From NCBI GenBank assembly GCA_947626065.1, contig CANQQT010000003.1, forward strand, positions 45,618-109,617: a stretch of 64,000 nucleotides of DNA. The letters are read 5' to 3'. The notes beneath the pieces were generated by a model. It had not been told where the DNA came from, ran no database searches, and worked only from the letters and a program-made list of their open reading frames with translations. Both the position numbers and the translations under genes were made by a program. Shown one piece after another: positions 63,765 to 64,000 of the stretch (its first letter is position 1; every line of letters begins with the position of its first letter). This DNA is from an uncultured Clostridia bacterium. Its GTDB lineage: Bacteria > Bacillota > Clostridia > Oscillospirales > CAG-272.

Positions 63765-64000
63765 TCAAACGTCCTCTTCGGCCTCGGTGACCTCGGCGCT
63801 TTCGCCGTTTAACCGGTTGGAAATCGTCTCCGCCTGAATGGCCGAAAGAATCACATGGTCGGAATCGGTGATGATGACCGAACGGGTTCTCCGTCCGCAG
63901 GTGACGTCAATCACCCGCCCGGCCTCCCGCGCGTCCTGAATCAGGCGCTTGACGGGGGCGGAATCGGGGCTGACAAGCGTCACTACGCGCCCGGCGGAGA
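63765..64000 (-). CDS. remA: RemA/YlzA (DUF370) family regulator; N-terminus beyond the right window edge
   Basis: [51 protein letters not shown] matches the RemA core. The frame stays open to base 64000. Confidence 0.8.
   Translation of the reverse strand, partial: SAGRVVTLVSPDSAPVKRLIQDAREAGRVIDVTCGRRTRSVIITDSDHVILSAIQAETISNRLNGESAEVTEAEEDV

Overview
This window looks like a 64-kb chromosomal segment of a high-GC, spore-forming Clostridia-type Firmicute. That placement is inferred from spoIIGA-sigE, spoVT, a PolC-type polymerase, and the remA-gmk-rpoZ-priA-def-fmt-rsmB gene order. All calls come from reading the sequence and ORF translations by eye; no searches were run.

Conserved housekeeping blocks:
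- 1..22.7 kb: pyrR-pyrP with a PyrR attenuator, an LtaS-like sulfatase, metY, metA, a BcrAD/BadFG activase plus dehydratase-like pair, tadA, spoIIGA-sigE, glnA with an ANTAR regulator, prfB, an aconitase-family hydratase, secG and tRNA-Ser(UGA).
- 42..64 kb: argS, yebC, a heterodimeric ABC exporter, two tandem clan GH-A glycosidase paralogs, a DUF389 protein, cls, rsmB, a Zn peptidase, fmt, def, priA, rpoZ, gmk and remA.

The mosaic, accessory-looking stretch at 22.7..42 kb, just downstream of tRNA-Ser, contains:
- a lambda-type Ser/Thr phosphatase;
- a stripped-down PolC paralog lacking the proofreading exonuclease, apparently co-transcribed with a WYL regulator;
- an AT-rich orphan gene with UDG-like motifs;
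- a soluble, degenerate FtsH-like AAA-M41 protein;
- rtcB with a translationally coupled small basic ORF;
- a glutamine-rich membrane protein and a smaller paralog;
- a membrane-tethered ECF sigma fused to WG repeats;
- spoVT, an FGE-fold protein and a lipoprotein.

The best candidate for an undescribed system is the exonuclease-less PolC plus WYL operon (23745..27563) and its neighbours.

A second recurring oddity is that many intergenic regions and several gene termini are built from cascades of short tandem duplications. One of these is an 18-bp palindromic unit repeated between a promoter and the first glycosidase gene.

Many long ORFs in the six-frame track are antisense shadows of real genes in this GC-rich DNA and were not called.
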